This document shows, piece after piece, positions 1 to 10,274 of a stretch of DNA of 50,000 bases. Position numbers and translations under genes: made by a program. Position 1 is the stretch's first letter, and every line of letters begins with the position of its first letter. The stretch covers positions 1-50,000 of the forward strand of contig NW_027437482.1 of assembly GCF_964204645.1 (NCBI RefSeq). The letters are read 5' to 3'. A model generated the notes under the pieces. It was not told the origin of the DNA. It did not search any database and worked only from the letters and a program-made list of their open reading frames with translations. Origin of the DNA: Tubulanus polymorphus (lineage: Eukaryota; Animalia; Nemertea).

Positions 1-774
1 ATTGATACTCTGATTGGTTCCCCTAACCTATACCTCTAAACCTAACCCCGACCAGTGCCAGGAAAGCACGGAGATAGAGGGAAACCGAGAGCAATCGTCG
101 GTCCGCCCAGGTAGCTCAATCGGTAGAGCAGTCGTCCGGCAAACGAAAGGTCCGGTGTTCGAGTCCCGGTCTAGGTGGTGGATTGCTTTTCGGTATCCCT
201 AACTCTAATACCTTCCGGCAGGTGGAGTTAGCCGGCTTTCCCGCTGCCAGTGTCACAGTGGGTTCTGAAAAGATATCAGTTAATTACTCTCGATTAATTG
301 TGGTGGGTTAATCTGAAGAACACAAAAACATTAATTGATACTCTGATTGGTTCCCCTAACCTATACCTCTAAACCTAACCCCGACCAGTGCCAGGAAAGC
401 ACGGAGATAGAGGTGAAACCGAGAGCAATCGTCGGTCCGCCCAGGTAGCTCAATCGGTAGAGCAGTCGTCCGGCAAACGAAAGGTCCGGTGTTCGAGTCC
501 CCGGTCTAGGTGGTGGATTGCTTTTCGGTATCCCTAACTCTAATACCTTCCGGCAGGTGGAGTTAGCCGGCTTTCCCGCTGCCAGTGTCACAGTGGGGTT
601 CTGAAAAGATATCAGTTAATTACTCTCGATTAATTGTGGTGGGTTAATCTGAAGAACACAAAAACATTAATTGATACTCTGATTGGTTCCCCTAACCTAT
701 ACCTCTAAACCTAACCCCGACCAGTGCCAGGAAAGCACGGAGATAGAGGTGAAACCGAGAGCAATCGTCGGTCC

Positions 775-847
775 GCCCAGGTAGCTCAATCGGTAGAGCA
801 GTCGTCCGGCAAACGAAAGGTCCGGTGTTCGAGTCCCGGTCTAGGTG
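775..847 (+). tRNA. tRNA-like head of the 335-bp unit (degenerate, anticodon GGC/Ala-like); representative of 26 copies
   Basis: GCCCAGG-TA-GCTC-AATCGGTA-GAGC-A-GTCGT-CCGGCAA-ACGAA-AGGT-CCGGTG-TTCGAGT-CCCGG-TCTAGGT-G forms a cloverleaf with an A box (TAGCTCAATCGG) and a B box (GTTCGAGTCC). It has C at position 33, mismatches in the acceptor and anticodon stems and a bulged T stem, so it is probably not a translational tRNA. Confidence 0.8.
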
Positions 848-3800
848 GTGGATTGCTTTTCGGTATCCCTAACTCTAATACCTTCCGGCAGGTGGAGTTA
901 GCCGGCTTTCCCGCTGCCAGTGTCACAGTGGGGTTCTGAAAAGATATCAGTTAATTACTCTCGATTAATTGTGGTGGGTTAATCTGAAGAACACAAAAAC
1001 ATTAATTGATACTCTGATTGGTTCCCCTAACCTATACCTCTAAACCTAACCCCGACCAGTGCCAGGAAAAGCACGGAGATAGAGGTGAAACCGAGAGCAA
1101 TCGTCGGTCCGCCCAGGTAGCTCAATCGGTAGAGCAGTCGTCCGGCAAACGAAAGGTCCGGTGTTCGAGTCCCGGTCTAGGTGGTGGATTGCTTTTCGGT
1201 ATCCCTAACTCTAATACCTTCCGGCAGGTGGAGTTAGCCGGCTTTCCCGCTGCCAGTGTCACAGTGGGGTTCTGAAAAGATATCAGTTAATTACTCTCGA
1301 TTAATTGTGGTGGGTTAATCTGAAGAACACAAAAACATTAATTGATACTCTGATTGGTTCCCCTAACCTATACCTCTAAACCTAACCCCGACCAGTGCCA
1401 GGAAAGCACGGAGATAGAGGTGAAACCGAGAGCAATCGTCGGTCCGCCCAGGTAGCTCAATCGGTAGAGCAGTCGTCCGGCAAACGAAAGGTCCGGTGTT
1501 CGAGTCCCGGTCTAGGTGGTGGATTGCTTTTCGGTATCCCTAACTCTAATACCTTCCGGCAGGTGGAGTTAGCCGGCTTTCCCGCTGCCAGTGTCACAGT
1601 GGGGTTCTGAAAAGATATCAGTTAATTACTCTCGATTAATTGTGGTGGGTTAATCTGAAGAACACAAAAACATTAATTGATACTCTGATTGGTTCCCCTA
1701 ACCTATACCTCTAAACCTAACCCCGACCAGTGCCAGGAAAGCACGGAGATAGAGGTGAAACCGAGAGCAATCGTCGGTCCGCCCAGGTAGCTCAATCGGT
1801 AGAGCAGTCGTCCGGCAAACGAAAGGTCCGGTGTTCGAGTCCCGGTCTAGGTGGTGGATTGCTTTTCGGTATCCCTAACTCTAATACCTTCCGGCAGGTG
1901 GAGTTAGCCGGCTTTCCCGCTGCCAGTGTCACAGTGGGGTTCTGAAAAGATATCAGTTAATTACTCTCGATTAATTGTGGTGGGTTAATCTGAAGAACAC
2001 AAAAACATTAATTGATACTCTGATTGGTTCCCCTAACCTATACCTCTAAACCTAACCCCGACCAGTGCCAGGAAAGCACGGAGATAGAGGTGAAACCGAG
2101 AGCAATCGTCGGTCCGCCCAGGTAGCTCAATCGGTAGAGCAGTCGTCCGGCAAACGAAAGGTCCGGTGTTCGAGTCCCGGTCTAGGTGGTGGATTGCTTT
2201 TCGGTATCCCTAACTCTAATACCTTCCGGCAGGTGGAGTTAGCCGGCTTTCCCGCTGCCAGTGTCACAGTGGGGTTCTGAAAAGATATCAGTTAATTACT
2301 CTCGATTAATTGTGGTGGGTTAATCTGAAGAACACAAAAACATTAATTGATACTCTGATTGGTTCCCCTAACCTATACCTCTAAACCTAACCCCGACCAG
2401 TGCCAGGAAAGCACGGAGATAGAGGTGAAACCGAGAGCAATCGTCGGTCCGCCCAGGTAGCTCAATCGGTAGAGCAGTCGTCCGGCAAACGAAAGGTCCG
2501 GTGTTCGAGTCCCGGTCTAGGTGGTGGATTGCTTTTCGGTATCCCTAACTCTAATACCTTCCGGCAGGTGGAGTTAGCCGGCTTTCCCGCTGCCAGTGTC
2601 ACAGTGGGGTTCTGAAAAGATATCAGTTAATTACTCTCGATTAATTGTGGTGGGTTAATCTGAAGAACACAAAAACATTAATTGATACTCTGATTGGTTC
2701 CCCTAACCTATACCTCTAAACCTAACCCCGACCAGTGCCAGGAAAGCACGGAGATAGAGGTGAAACCGAGAGCAATCGTCGGTCCGCCCAGGTAGCTCAA
2801 TCGGTAGAGCAGTCGTCCGGCAAACGAAAGGTCCGGTGTTCGAGTCCCGGTCTAGGTGGTGGATTGCTTTTCGGTATCCCTAACTCTAATACCTTCCGGC
2901 AGGTGGAGTTAGCCGGCTTTCCCGCTGCCAGTGTCACAGTGGGGTTCTGAAAAGATATCAGTTAATTACTCTCGATTAATTGTGGTGGGTTAATCTGAAG
3001 AACACAAAAACATTAATTGATACTCTGATTGGTTCCCCTAACCTATACCTCTAAACCTAACCCCGACCAGTGCCAGGAAAGCACGGAGATAGAGGTGAAA
3101 CCGAGAGCAATCGTCGGTCCGCCCAGGTAGCTCAATCGGTAGAGCAGTCGTCCGGCAAACGAAAGGTCCGGTGTTCGAGTCCCGGTCTAGGTGGTGGATT
3201 GCTTTTCGGTATCCCTAACTCTAATACCTTCCGGCAGGTGGAGTTAGCCGGCTTTCCCGCTGCCAGTGTCACAGTGGGGTTCTGAAAAGATATCAGTTAA
3301 TTACTCTCGATTAATTGTGGTGGGTTAATCTGAAGAACACAAAAACATTAATTGATACTCTGATTGGTTCCCCTAACCTATACCTCTAAACCTAACCCCG
3401 ACCAGTGCCAGGAAAGCACGGAGATAGAGGTGAAACCGAGAGCAATCGTCGGTCCGCCCAGGTAGCTCAATCGGTAGAGCAGTCGTCCGGCAAACGAAAG
3501 GTCCGGTGTTCGAGTCCCGGTCTAGGTGGTGGATTGCTTTTCGGTATCCCTAACTCTAATACCTTCCGGCAGGTGGAGTTAGCCGGCTTTCCCGCTGCCA
3601 GTGTCACAGTGGGGTTCTGAAAAGATATCAGTTAATTACTCTCGATTAATTGTGGTGGGTTAATCTGAAGAACACAAAAACATTAATTGATACTCTGATT
3701 GGTTCCCCTAACCTATACCTCTAAACCTAACCCCGACCAGTGCCAGGAAAGCACGGAGATAGAGGTGAAACCGAGAGCAATCGTCGGTCCGCCCAGGTAG

Positions 3801-6800
3801 CTCAATCGGTAGAGCAGTCGTCCGGCAAACGAAAGGTCCGGTGTTCGAGTCCCGGTCTAGGTGGTGGATTGCTTTTCGGTATCCCTAACTCTAATACCTT
3901 CCGGCAGGTGGAGTTAGCCGGCTTTCCCGCTGCCAGTGTCACAGTGGGGTTCTGAAAAGATATCAGTTAATTACTCTCGATTAATTGTGGTGGGTTAATC
4001 TGAAGAACACAAAACATTAATTGATACTCTGATTGGTTCCCCTAACCTATACCTCTAAACCTAACCCCGACCAGTGCCAGGAAAGCACGGAGATAGAGGT
4101 GAAACCGAGAGCAATCGTCGGTCCGCCCAGGTAGCTCAATCGGTAGAGCAGTCGTCCGGCAAACGAAAGGTCCGGTGTTCGAGTCCCGGTCTAGGTGGTG
4201 GATTGCTTTTCGGTATCCCTAACTCTAATACCTTCCGGCAGGTGGAGTTAGCCGGCTTTCCCGCTGCCAGTGTCACAGTGGGGTTCTGAAAAGATATCAG
4301 TTAATTACTCTCGATTAATTGTGGTGGGTTAATCTGAAGAACACAAAAACATTAATTGATACTCTGATTGGTTCCCCTAACCTATACCTCTAAACCTAAC
4401 CCCGACCAGTGCCAGGAAAGCACGGAGATAGAGGTGAAACCGAGAGCAATCGTCGGTCCGCCCAGGTAGCTCAATCGGTAGAGCAGTCGTCCGGCAAACG
4501 AAAGGTCCGGTGTTCGAGTCCCGGTCTAGGTGGTGGATTGCTTTTCGGTATCCCTAACTCTAATACCTTCCGGCAGGTGGAGTTAGCCGGCTTTCCCGCT
4601 GCCAGTGTCACAGTGGGGTTCTGAAAAGATATCAGTTAATTACTCTCGATTAATTGTGGTGGGTTAATCTGAAGAACACAAAAACATTAATTGATACTCT
4701 GATTGGTTCCCCTAACCTATACCTCTAAACCTAACCCCGACCAGTGCCAGGAAAGCACGGAGATAGAGGTGAAACCGAGAGCAATCGTCGGTCCGCCCAG
4801 GTAGCTCAATCGGTAGAGCAGTCGTCCGGCAAACGAAAGGTCCGGTGTTCGAGTCCCGGTCTAGGTGGTGGATTGCTTTTCGGTATCCCTAACTCTAATA
4901 CCTTCCGGCAGGTGGAGTTAGCCGGCTTTCCCGCTGCCAGTGTCACAGTGGGGTTCTGAAAAGATATCAGTTAATTACTCTCGATTAATTGTGGTGGGTT
5001 AATCTGAAGAACACAAAAACATTAATTGATACTCTGATTGGTTCCCCTAACCTATACCTCTAAACCTAACCCCGACCAGTGCCAGGAAAGCACGGAGATA
5101 GAGGTGAAACCGAGAGCAATCGTCGGTCCGCCCAGGTAGCTCAATCGGTAGAGCAGTCGTCCGGCAAACGAAAGGTCCGGTGTTCGAGTCCCGGTCTAGG
5201 TGGTGGATTGCTTTTCGGTATCCCTAACTCTAATACCTTCCGGCAGGTGGAGTTAGCCGGCTTTCCCGCTGCCAGTGTCACAGTGGGGTTCTGAAAAGAT
5301 ATCAGTTAATTACTCTCGATTAATTGTGGTGGGTTAATCTGAAGAACACAAAAACATTAATTGATACTCTGATTGGTTCCCCTAACCTATACCTCTAAAC
5401 CTAACCCCGACCAGTGCCAGGAAAGCACGGAGATAGAGGTGAAACCGAGAGCAATCGTCGGTCCGCCCAGGTAGCTCAATCGGTAGAGCAGTCGTCCGGC
5501 AAACGAAAGGTCCGGTGTTCGAGTCCCGGTCTAGGTGGTGGATTGCTTTTCGGTATCCCTAACTCTAATACCTTCCGGCAGGTGGAGTTAGCCGGCTTTC
5601 CCGCTGCCAGTGTCACAGTGGGGTTCTGAAAAGATATCAGTTAATTACTCTCGATTAATTGTGGTGGGTTAATCTGAAGAACACAAAAACATTAATTGAT
5701 ACTCTGATTGGTTCCCCTAACCTATACCTCTAAACCTAACCCCGACCAGTGCCAGGAAAGCACGGAGATAGAGGTGAAACCGAGAGCAATCGTCGGTCCG
5801 CCCAGGTAGCTCAATCGGTAGAGCAGTCGTCCGGCAAACGAAAGGTCCGGTGTTCGAGTCCCGGTCTAGGTGGTGGATTGCTTTTCGGTATCCCTAACTC
5901 TAATACCTTCCGGCAGGTGGAGTTAGCCGGCTTTCCCGCTGCCAGTGTCACAGTGGGGTTCTGAAAAGATATCAGTTAATTACTCTCGATTAATTGTGGT
6001 GGGTTAATCTGAAGAACACAAAAACATTAATTGATACTCTGATTGGTTCCCCTAACCTATACCTCTAAACCTAACCCCGACCAGTGCCAGGAAAGCACGG
6101 AGATAGAGGTGAAACCGAGAGCAATCGTCGGTCCGCCCAGGTAGCTCAATCGGTAGAGCAGTCGTCCGGCAAACGAAAGGTCCGGTGTTCGAGTCCCGGT
6201 CTAGGTGGTGGATTGCTTTTCGGTATCCCTAACTCTAATACCTTCCGGCAGGTGGAGTTAGCCGGCTTTCCCGCTGCCAGTGTCACAGTGGGGTTCTGAA
6301 AAGATATCAGTTAATTACTCTCGATTAATTGTGGTGGGTTAATCTGAAGAACACAAAAACATTAATTGATACTCTGATTGGTTCCCCTAACCTATACCTC
6401 TAAACCTAACCCCGACCAGTGCCAGGAAAGCACGGAGATAGAGGTGAAACCGAGAGCAATCGTCGGTCCGCCCAGGTAGCTCAATCGGTAGAGCAGTCGT
6501 CCGGCAAACGAAAGGTCCGGTGTTCGAGTCCCGGTCTAGGTGGTGGATTGCTTTTCGGTATCCCTAACTCTAATACCTTCCGGCAGGTGGAGTTAGCCGG
6601 CTTTCCCGCTGCCAGTGTCACAGTGGGGTTCTGAAAAGATATCAGTTAATTACTCTCGATTAATTGTGGTGGGTTAATCTGAAGAACACAAAAACATTAA
6701 TTGATACTCTGATTGGTTCCCCTAACCTATACCTCTAAACCTAACCCCGACCAGTGCCAGGAAAGCACGGAGATAGAGGTGAAACCGAGAGCAATCGTCG

Positions 6801-8609
6801 GTCCGCCCAGGTAGCTCAATCGGTAGAGCAGTCGTCCGGCAAACGAAAGGTCCGGTGTTCGAGTCCCGGTCTAGGTGGTGGATTGCTTTTCGGTATCCCT
6901 AACTCTAATACCTTCCGGCAGGTGGAGTTAGCCGGCTTTCCCGCTGCCAGTGTCACAGTGGGGTTCTGAAAAGATATCAGTTAATTACTCTCGATTAATT
7001 GTGGTGGGTTAATCTGAAGAACACAAAAACATTAATTGATACTCTGATTGGTTCCCCTAACCTATACCTCTAAACCTAACCCCGACCAGTGCCAGGAAAG
7101 CACGGAGATAGAGGTGAAACCGAGAGCAATCGTCGGTCCGCCCAGGTAGCTCAATCGGTAGAGCAGTCGTCCGGCAAACGAAAGGTCCGGTGTTCGAGTC
7201 CCGGTCTAGGTGGTGGATTGCTTTTCGGTATCCCTAACTCTAATACCTTCCGGCAGGTGGAGTTAGCCGGCTTTCCCGCTGCCAGTGTCACAGTGGGGTT
7301 CTGAAAAGATATCAGTTAATTACTCTCGATTAATTGTGGTGGGTTAATCTGAAGAACACAAAAACATTAATTGATACTCTGATTGGTTCCCCTAACCTAT
7401 ACCTCTAAACCTAACCCCGACCAGTGCCAGGAAAGCACGGAGATAGAGGTGAAACCGAGAGCAATCGTCGGTCCGCCCAGGTAGCTCAATCGGTAGAGCA
7501 GTCGTCCGGCAAACGAAAGGTCCGGTGTTCGAGTCCCGGTCTAGGTGGTGGATTGCTTTTCGGTATCCCTAACTCTAATACCTTCCGGCAGGTGGAGTTA
7601 GCCGGCTTTCCCGCTGCCAGTGTCACAGTGGGGTTCTGAAAAGATATCAGTTAATTACTCTCGATTAATTGTGGTGGGTTAATCTGAAGAACACAAAAAC
7701 ATTAATTGATACTCTGATTGGTTCCCCTAACCTATACCTCTAAACCTAACCCCGACCAGTGCCAGGAAAGCACGGAGATAGAGGTGAAACCGAGAGCAAT
7801 CGTCGGTCCGCCCAGGTAGCTCAATCGGTAGAGCAGTCGTCCGGCAAACGAAAGGTCCGGTGTTCGAGTCCCGGTCTAGGTGGTGGATTGCTTTTCGGTA
7901 TCCCTAACTCTAATACCTTCCGGCAGGTGGAGTTAGCCGGCTTTCCCGCTGCCAGTGTCACAGTGGGGTTCTGAAAAGATATCAGTTAATTACTCTCGAT
8001 TAATTGTGGTGGGTTAATCTGAAGAACACAAAAACATTAATTGATACTCTGATTGGTTCCCCTAACCTATACCTCTAAACCTAACCCCGACCAGTGCCAG
8101 GAAAGCACGGAGATAGAGGTGAAACCGAGAGCAATCGTCGGTCCGCCCAGGTAGCTCAATCGGTAGAGCAGTCGTCCGGCAAACGAAAGGTCCGGTGTTC
8201 GAGTCCCGGTCTAGGTGGTGGATTGCTTTTCGGTATCCCTAACTCTAATACCTTCCGGCAGGTGGAGTTAGCCGGCTTTCCCGCTGCCAGTGTCACAGTG
8301 GGGTTCTGAAAAGATATCAGTTAATTACTCTCGATTAATTGTGGTGGGTTAATCTGAAGAACACAAAAACATTAATTGATACTCTGATTGGTTCCCCTAA
8401 CCTATACCTCTAAACCTAACCCCGACCAGTGCCAGGAAAGCACGGAGATAGAGGTGAAACCGAGAGCAATCGTCGGTCCGCCCAGGTAGCTCAATCGGTA
8501 GAGCAGTCGTCCGGCAAACGAAAGGTCCGGTGTTCGAGTCCCGGTCTAGGTGGTGGATTGCTTTTCGGTATCCCTAACTCTAATACCTTCCGGCAGGTGG
8601 AGTTAGCCG

Positions 8610-8776
8610 GCTTTCCCGCTGCCAGTGTCACAGTGGGGTTCTGAAAAGATATCAGTTAATTACTCTCGATTAATTGTGGTGGGTTAATCTGAAGAACACA
8701 AAAACATTAATTGATACTCTGATTGGTTCCCCTAACCTATACCTCTAAACCTAACCCCGACCAGTGCCAGGAAAGC
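8610..8776 (+). ncRNA. Structured 3' RNA domain of the 335-bp unit, homologous to the PLE 3' UTR domain (representative copy)
   Basis: Closing helix GCTTTCC/GGAAAGC, hairpin CGCTG..CAGTG, a GGGG..CCCC stem with inner stems, and the telomere-like strand CCCTAACCTATACCTCTAAACCTAACCC. Collinear with 12617-12717. Confidence 0.7.
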
Positions 8777-8817
8777 ACGGAGATAGAGGTGAAACCGAGA
8801 GCAATCGTCGGTCCGCG

Positions 8818-10119
8818 GCGGCTTGCACCGAAGCAGTAACGGTGCAGCTGCACGCTGCCGCGGACGTCTGGATGGAGACAGTTTCGAAAGAGCTGACCAT
8901 CCATTACGCTGCCACATTTGTTCAGCTAATGGGTGATCCTCTGCCGGACTGTCTATCAGCACAGGATGTCGCCCTGACATGGGCCCGGAGGAATTTCGGC
9001 TCCCGTCTAAGCCCCGGAACGATCCGGCTTTTCAACATCGCGCTGGATTTGCGGTCGAAATTCCGCGGTCAGGCTCTGTCTGACAAACTCAGAAATGTCC
9101 TATCTAACCCACCTTCTTCCCCTTCTCATTTCAGGTCACACCACCAGGAGGCACCCACGGAACCGAAGATTCGTCCGCCGCCGAGACCGAGCCGGAAGAT
9201 TCGAAAGCCCGCGACGCCGAGGACGCCTGCACCAACCGCAGCCGCGCCCGCCGCGCCCACAGCGCCTCCTTCTTTTTCTGATTCCAGGTCACCGAGAAGC
9301 TACGCGGATGTCACCAGGACGCCACCAACCAGAATGGCGCCACCACCGAGAAGTCCGATGCCGACGCCGCCGCCGCCACCAAGAAGTACGACGCCACCGA
9401 GAAGTCCGACGCCGCCGCCTCGAAACCCGACGCCGCCGCCGCCGCAGAGAACGCCGACCGCACCAACCAGCAGTCCGACGCCGTCTCTCTCTTCTTCTCT
9501 TTCCAGCTCTCCGTCTCATTACAGGTCACCAGGGCGCCTACTGCCAGCGCGAAGTCCGACGCCAACACCGAGACCGATGGCGCCCCAGGAAGTTCGCCGT
9601 CATCCGAATACGGGTCGGAAGAAACAGGATTGGAGTCTGCCACCAACCCGGCGACCCATTCTGGTGATTGGTGACTCAAATCTGAGTAACATCACATCAA
9701 GCCGCCGTCCGGATGACGTCCAGATCGAGAGCTTCCCCGGCTGCAAGATAGCTCATCTCGCCGACCTGATCGATGCTGTACCGGAGCGCCGAGATCGCCC
9801 GGATACGGTGATCATCAGCGTCGGAATCAACAACCGCGACAACAACTTCGAAGCGACCGCCAAGAAGACCACACAGCGCCTGATCAACGCCGCAGTCAAG
9901 AAGTATCAGCACTCGTTCGTCCACTTCGTTCAACTGAACACGACCCGCGAACACCAGCAGTTCGCCCGGAAGTTCAACGAATTCCTCGAGATTCACGACG
10001 ACGTCACCGCGATACCACCCATCGATGATCGACGCTTCAGAGTTGTTGGAGACGGGATCCACTGGAACCGTGGTACAGCTAACACCCTGCTGGACCACTG
10101 GCTCAGTGGTTTAAACTAA
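8818..10119 (+). CDS. PLE ORF1, 5'-truncated (Pro-rich region + SGNH/GDSL esterase)
   Basis: Matches the 519-aa ORF1 from AACTEAV onward. The track's N-terminus (8764-8817) comes from the satellite. Confidence 0.8.
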   Translation, partial: AACTEAVTVQLHAAADVWMETVSKELTIHYAATFVQLMGDPLPDCLSAQDVALTWARRNFGSRLSPGTIRLFNIALDLRSKFRGQALSDKLRNVLSNPPSSPSHFRSHHQEAPTEPKIRPPPRPSRKIRKPATPRTPAPTAAAPAAPTAPPSFSDSRSPRSYADVTRTPPTRMAPPPRSPMPTPPPPPRSTTPPRSPTPPPRNPTPPPPQRTPTAPTSSPTPSLSSSLSSSPSHYRSPGRLLPARSPTPTPRPMAPQEVRRHPNTGRKKQDWSLPPTRRPILVIGDSNLSNITSSRRPDDVQIESFPGCKIAHLADLIDAVPERRDRPDTVIISVGINNRDNNFEATAKKTTQRLINAAVKKYQHSFVHFVQLNTTREHQQFARKFNEFLEIHDDVTAIPPIDDRRFRVVGDGIHWNRGTANTLLDHWLSGLN

Positions 10120-10146
10120 GTATTAGTGAGACCAACGGGTCCACTA
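10110..10146 (+). promoter_or_regulatory. -1 programmed ribosomal frameshift signal (U UUA AAC + 7-nt spacer + hairpin); also at 16452, 20661, 24811, 28961, 33111, 39457
   Basis: The slippery heptamer is in the correct phase immediately before the ORF1 TAA. The hairpin is TAGTG(A)GACC-AACG-GGTC-CACTA. The -1 frame is open with no stop into ORF2. Confidence 0.8.
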
Positions 10147-10274
10147 TTGGTGAGTTAAATCAACCGGAATTAACCAATGCTTCTCTGATTTCTTCCATTT
10201 CCAGGTCCGACGAACACGAAGAACCGGCACCAAACCAAGCGCGACGCGATCCGGTCACCGCTCTCGGGAGCCCG

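Larger units (their letters stand above)
1..8816 (+). repeat. Tandem array of about 26 copies of a 335-bp tRNA-headed unit (putative non-autonomous, PLE-dependent SINE/satellite)
   Basis: The period is 335 bp (ORF track repeats at 1395, 1730, 2065 ... 8429). There are 26 tRNA-like heads from 105 to 8480. Units are essentially identical apart from single-base indels in a few copies. The array is open at the window start and ends at 8816. Confidence 0.97.

Noticed and set aside
1-1100. Variant satellite units near the window start
   Set aside because: The differences are single-base indels, mostly in homopolymers, and are more likely low-coverage consensus errors than real variants.
8574-8610. 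Pseudoknot, or a true telomerase RNA, in the satellite
   Set aside because: The hairpin CTAACTC/GAGTTAG is plausible, but the CCGGC/GCCGG pairing has no linker and is more likely an alternative fold. Only 8-nt telomere matches are present and no other telomerase RNA domains were recognised.
724-8644. Repeated 71-aa ORF (MPGKHGDRG...) in each 335-bp unit
   Set aside because: It starts at GTG, reads through a tRNA-like sequence, has no recognisable domain and is disrupted in some units. It is a by-product of the repeat.
1-8816. CRISPR array or functional tRNA-Ala gene cluster
   Set aside because: Units are identical with no variable spacers. The tRNA has C33, stem mismatches and a GGC anticodon rarely used in eukaryotes.
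8690-8816. Hammerhead ribozyme in the satellite (CTGAAGA ... GAAA-CCGA/TCGG-TC)
   Set aside because: A GAAA-stem-GUC half core is present just before the tRNA, but I could not form stems I and II with either CTGA motif.
8764-10119. 451-aa satellite-ORF1 fusion protein
   Set aside because: It is a chance in-frame junction with a GTG start from the satellite.
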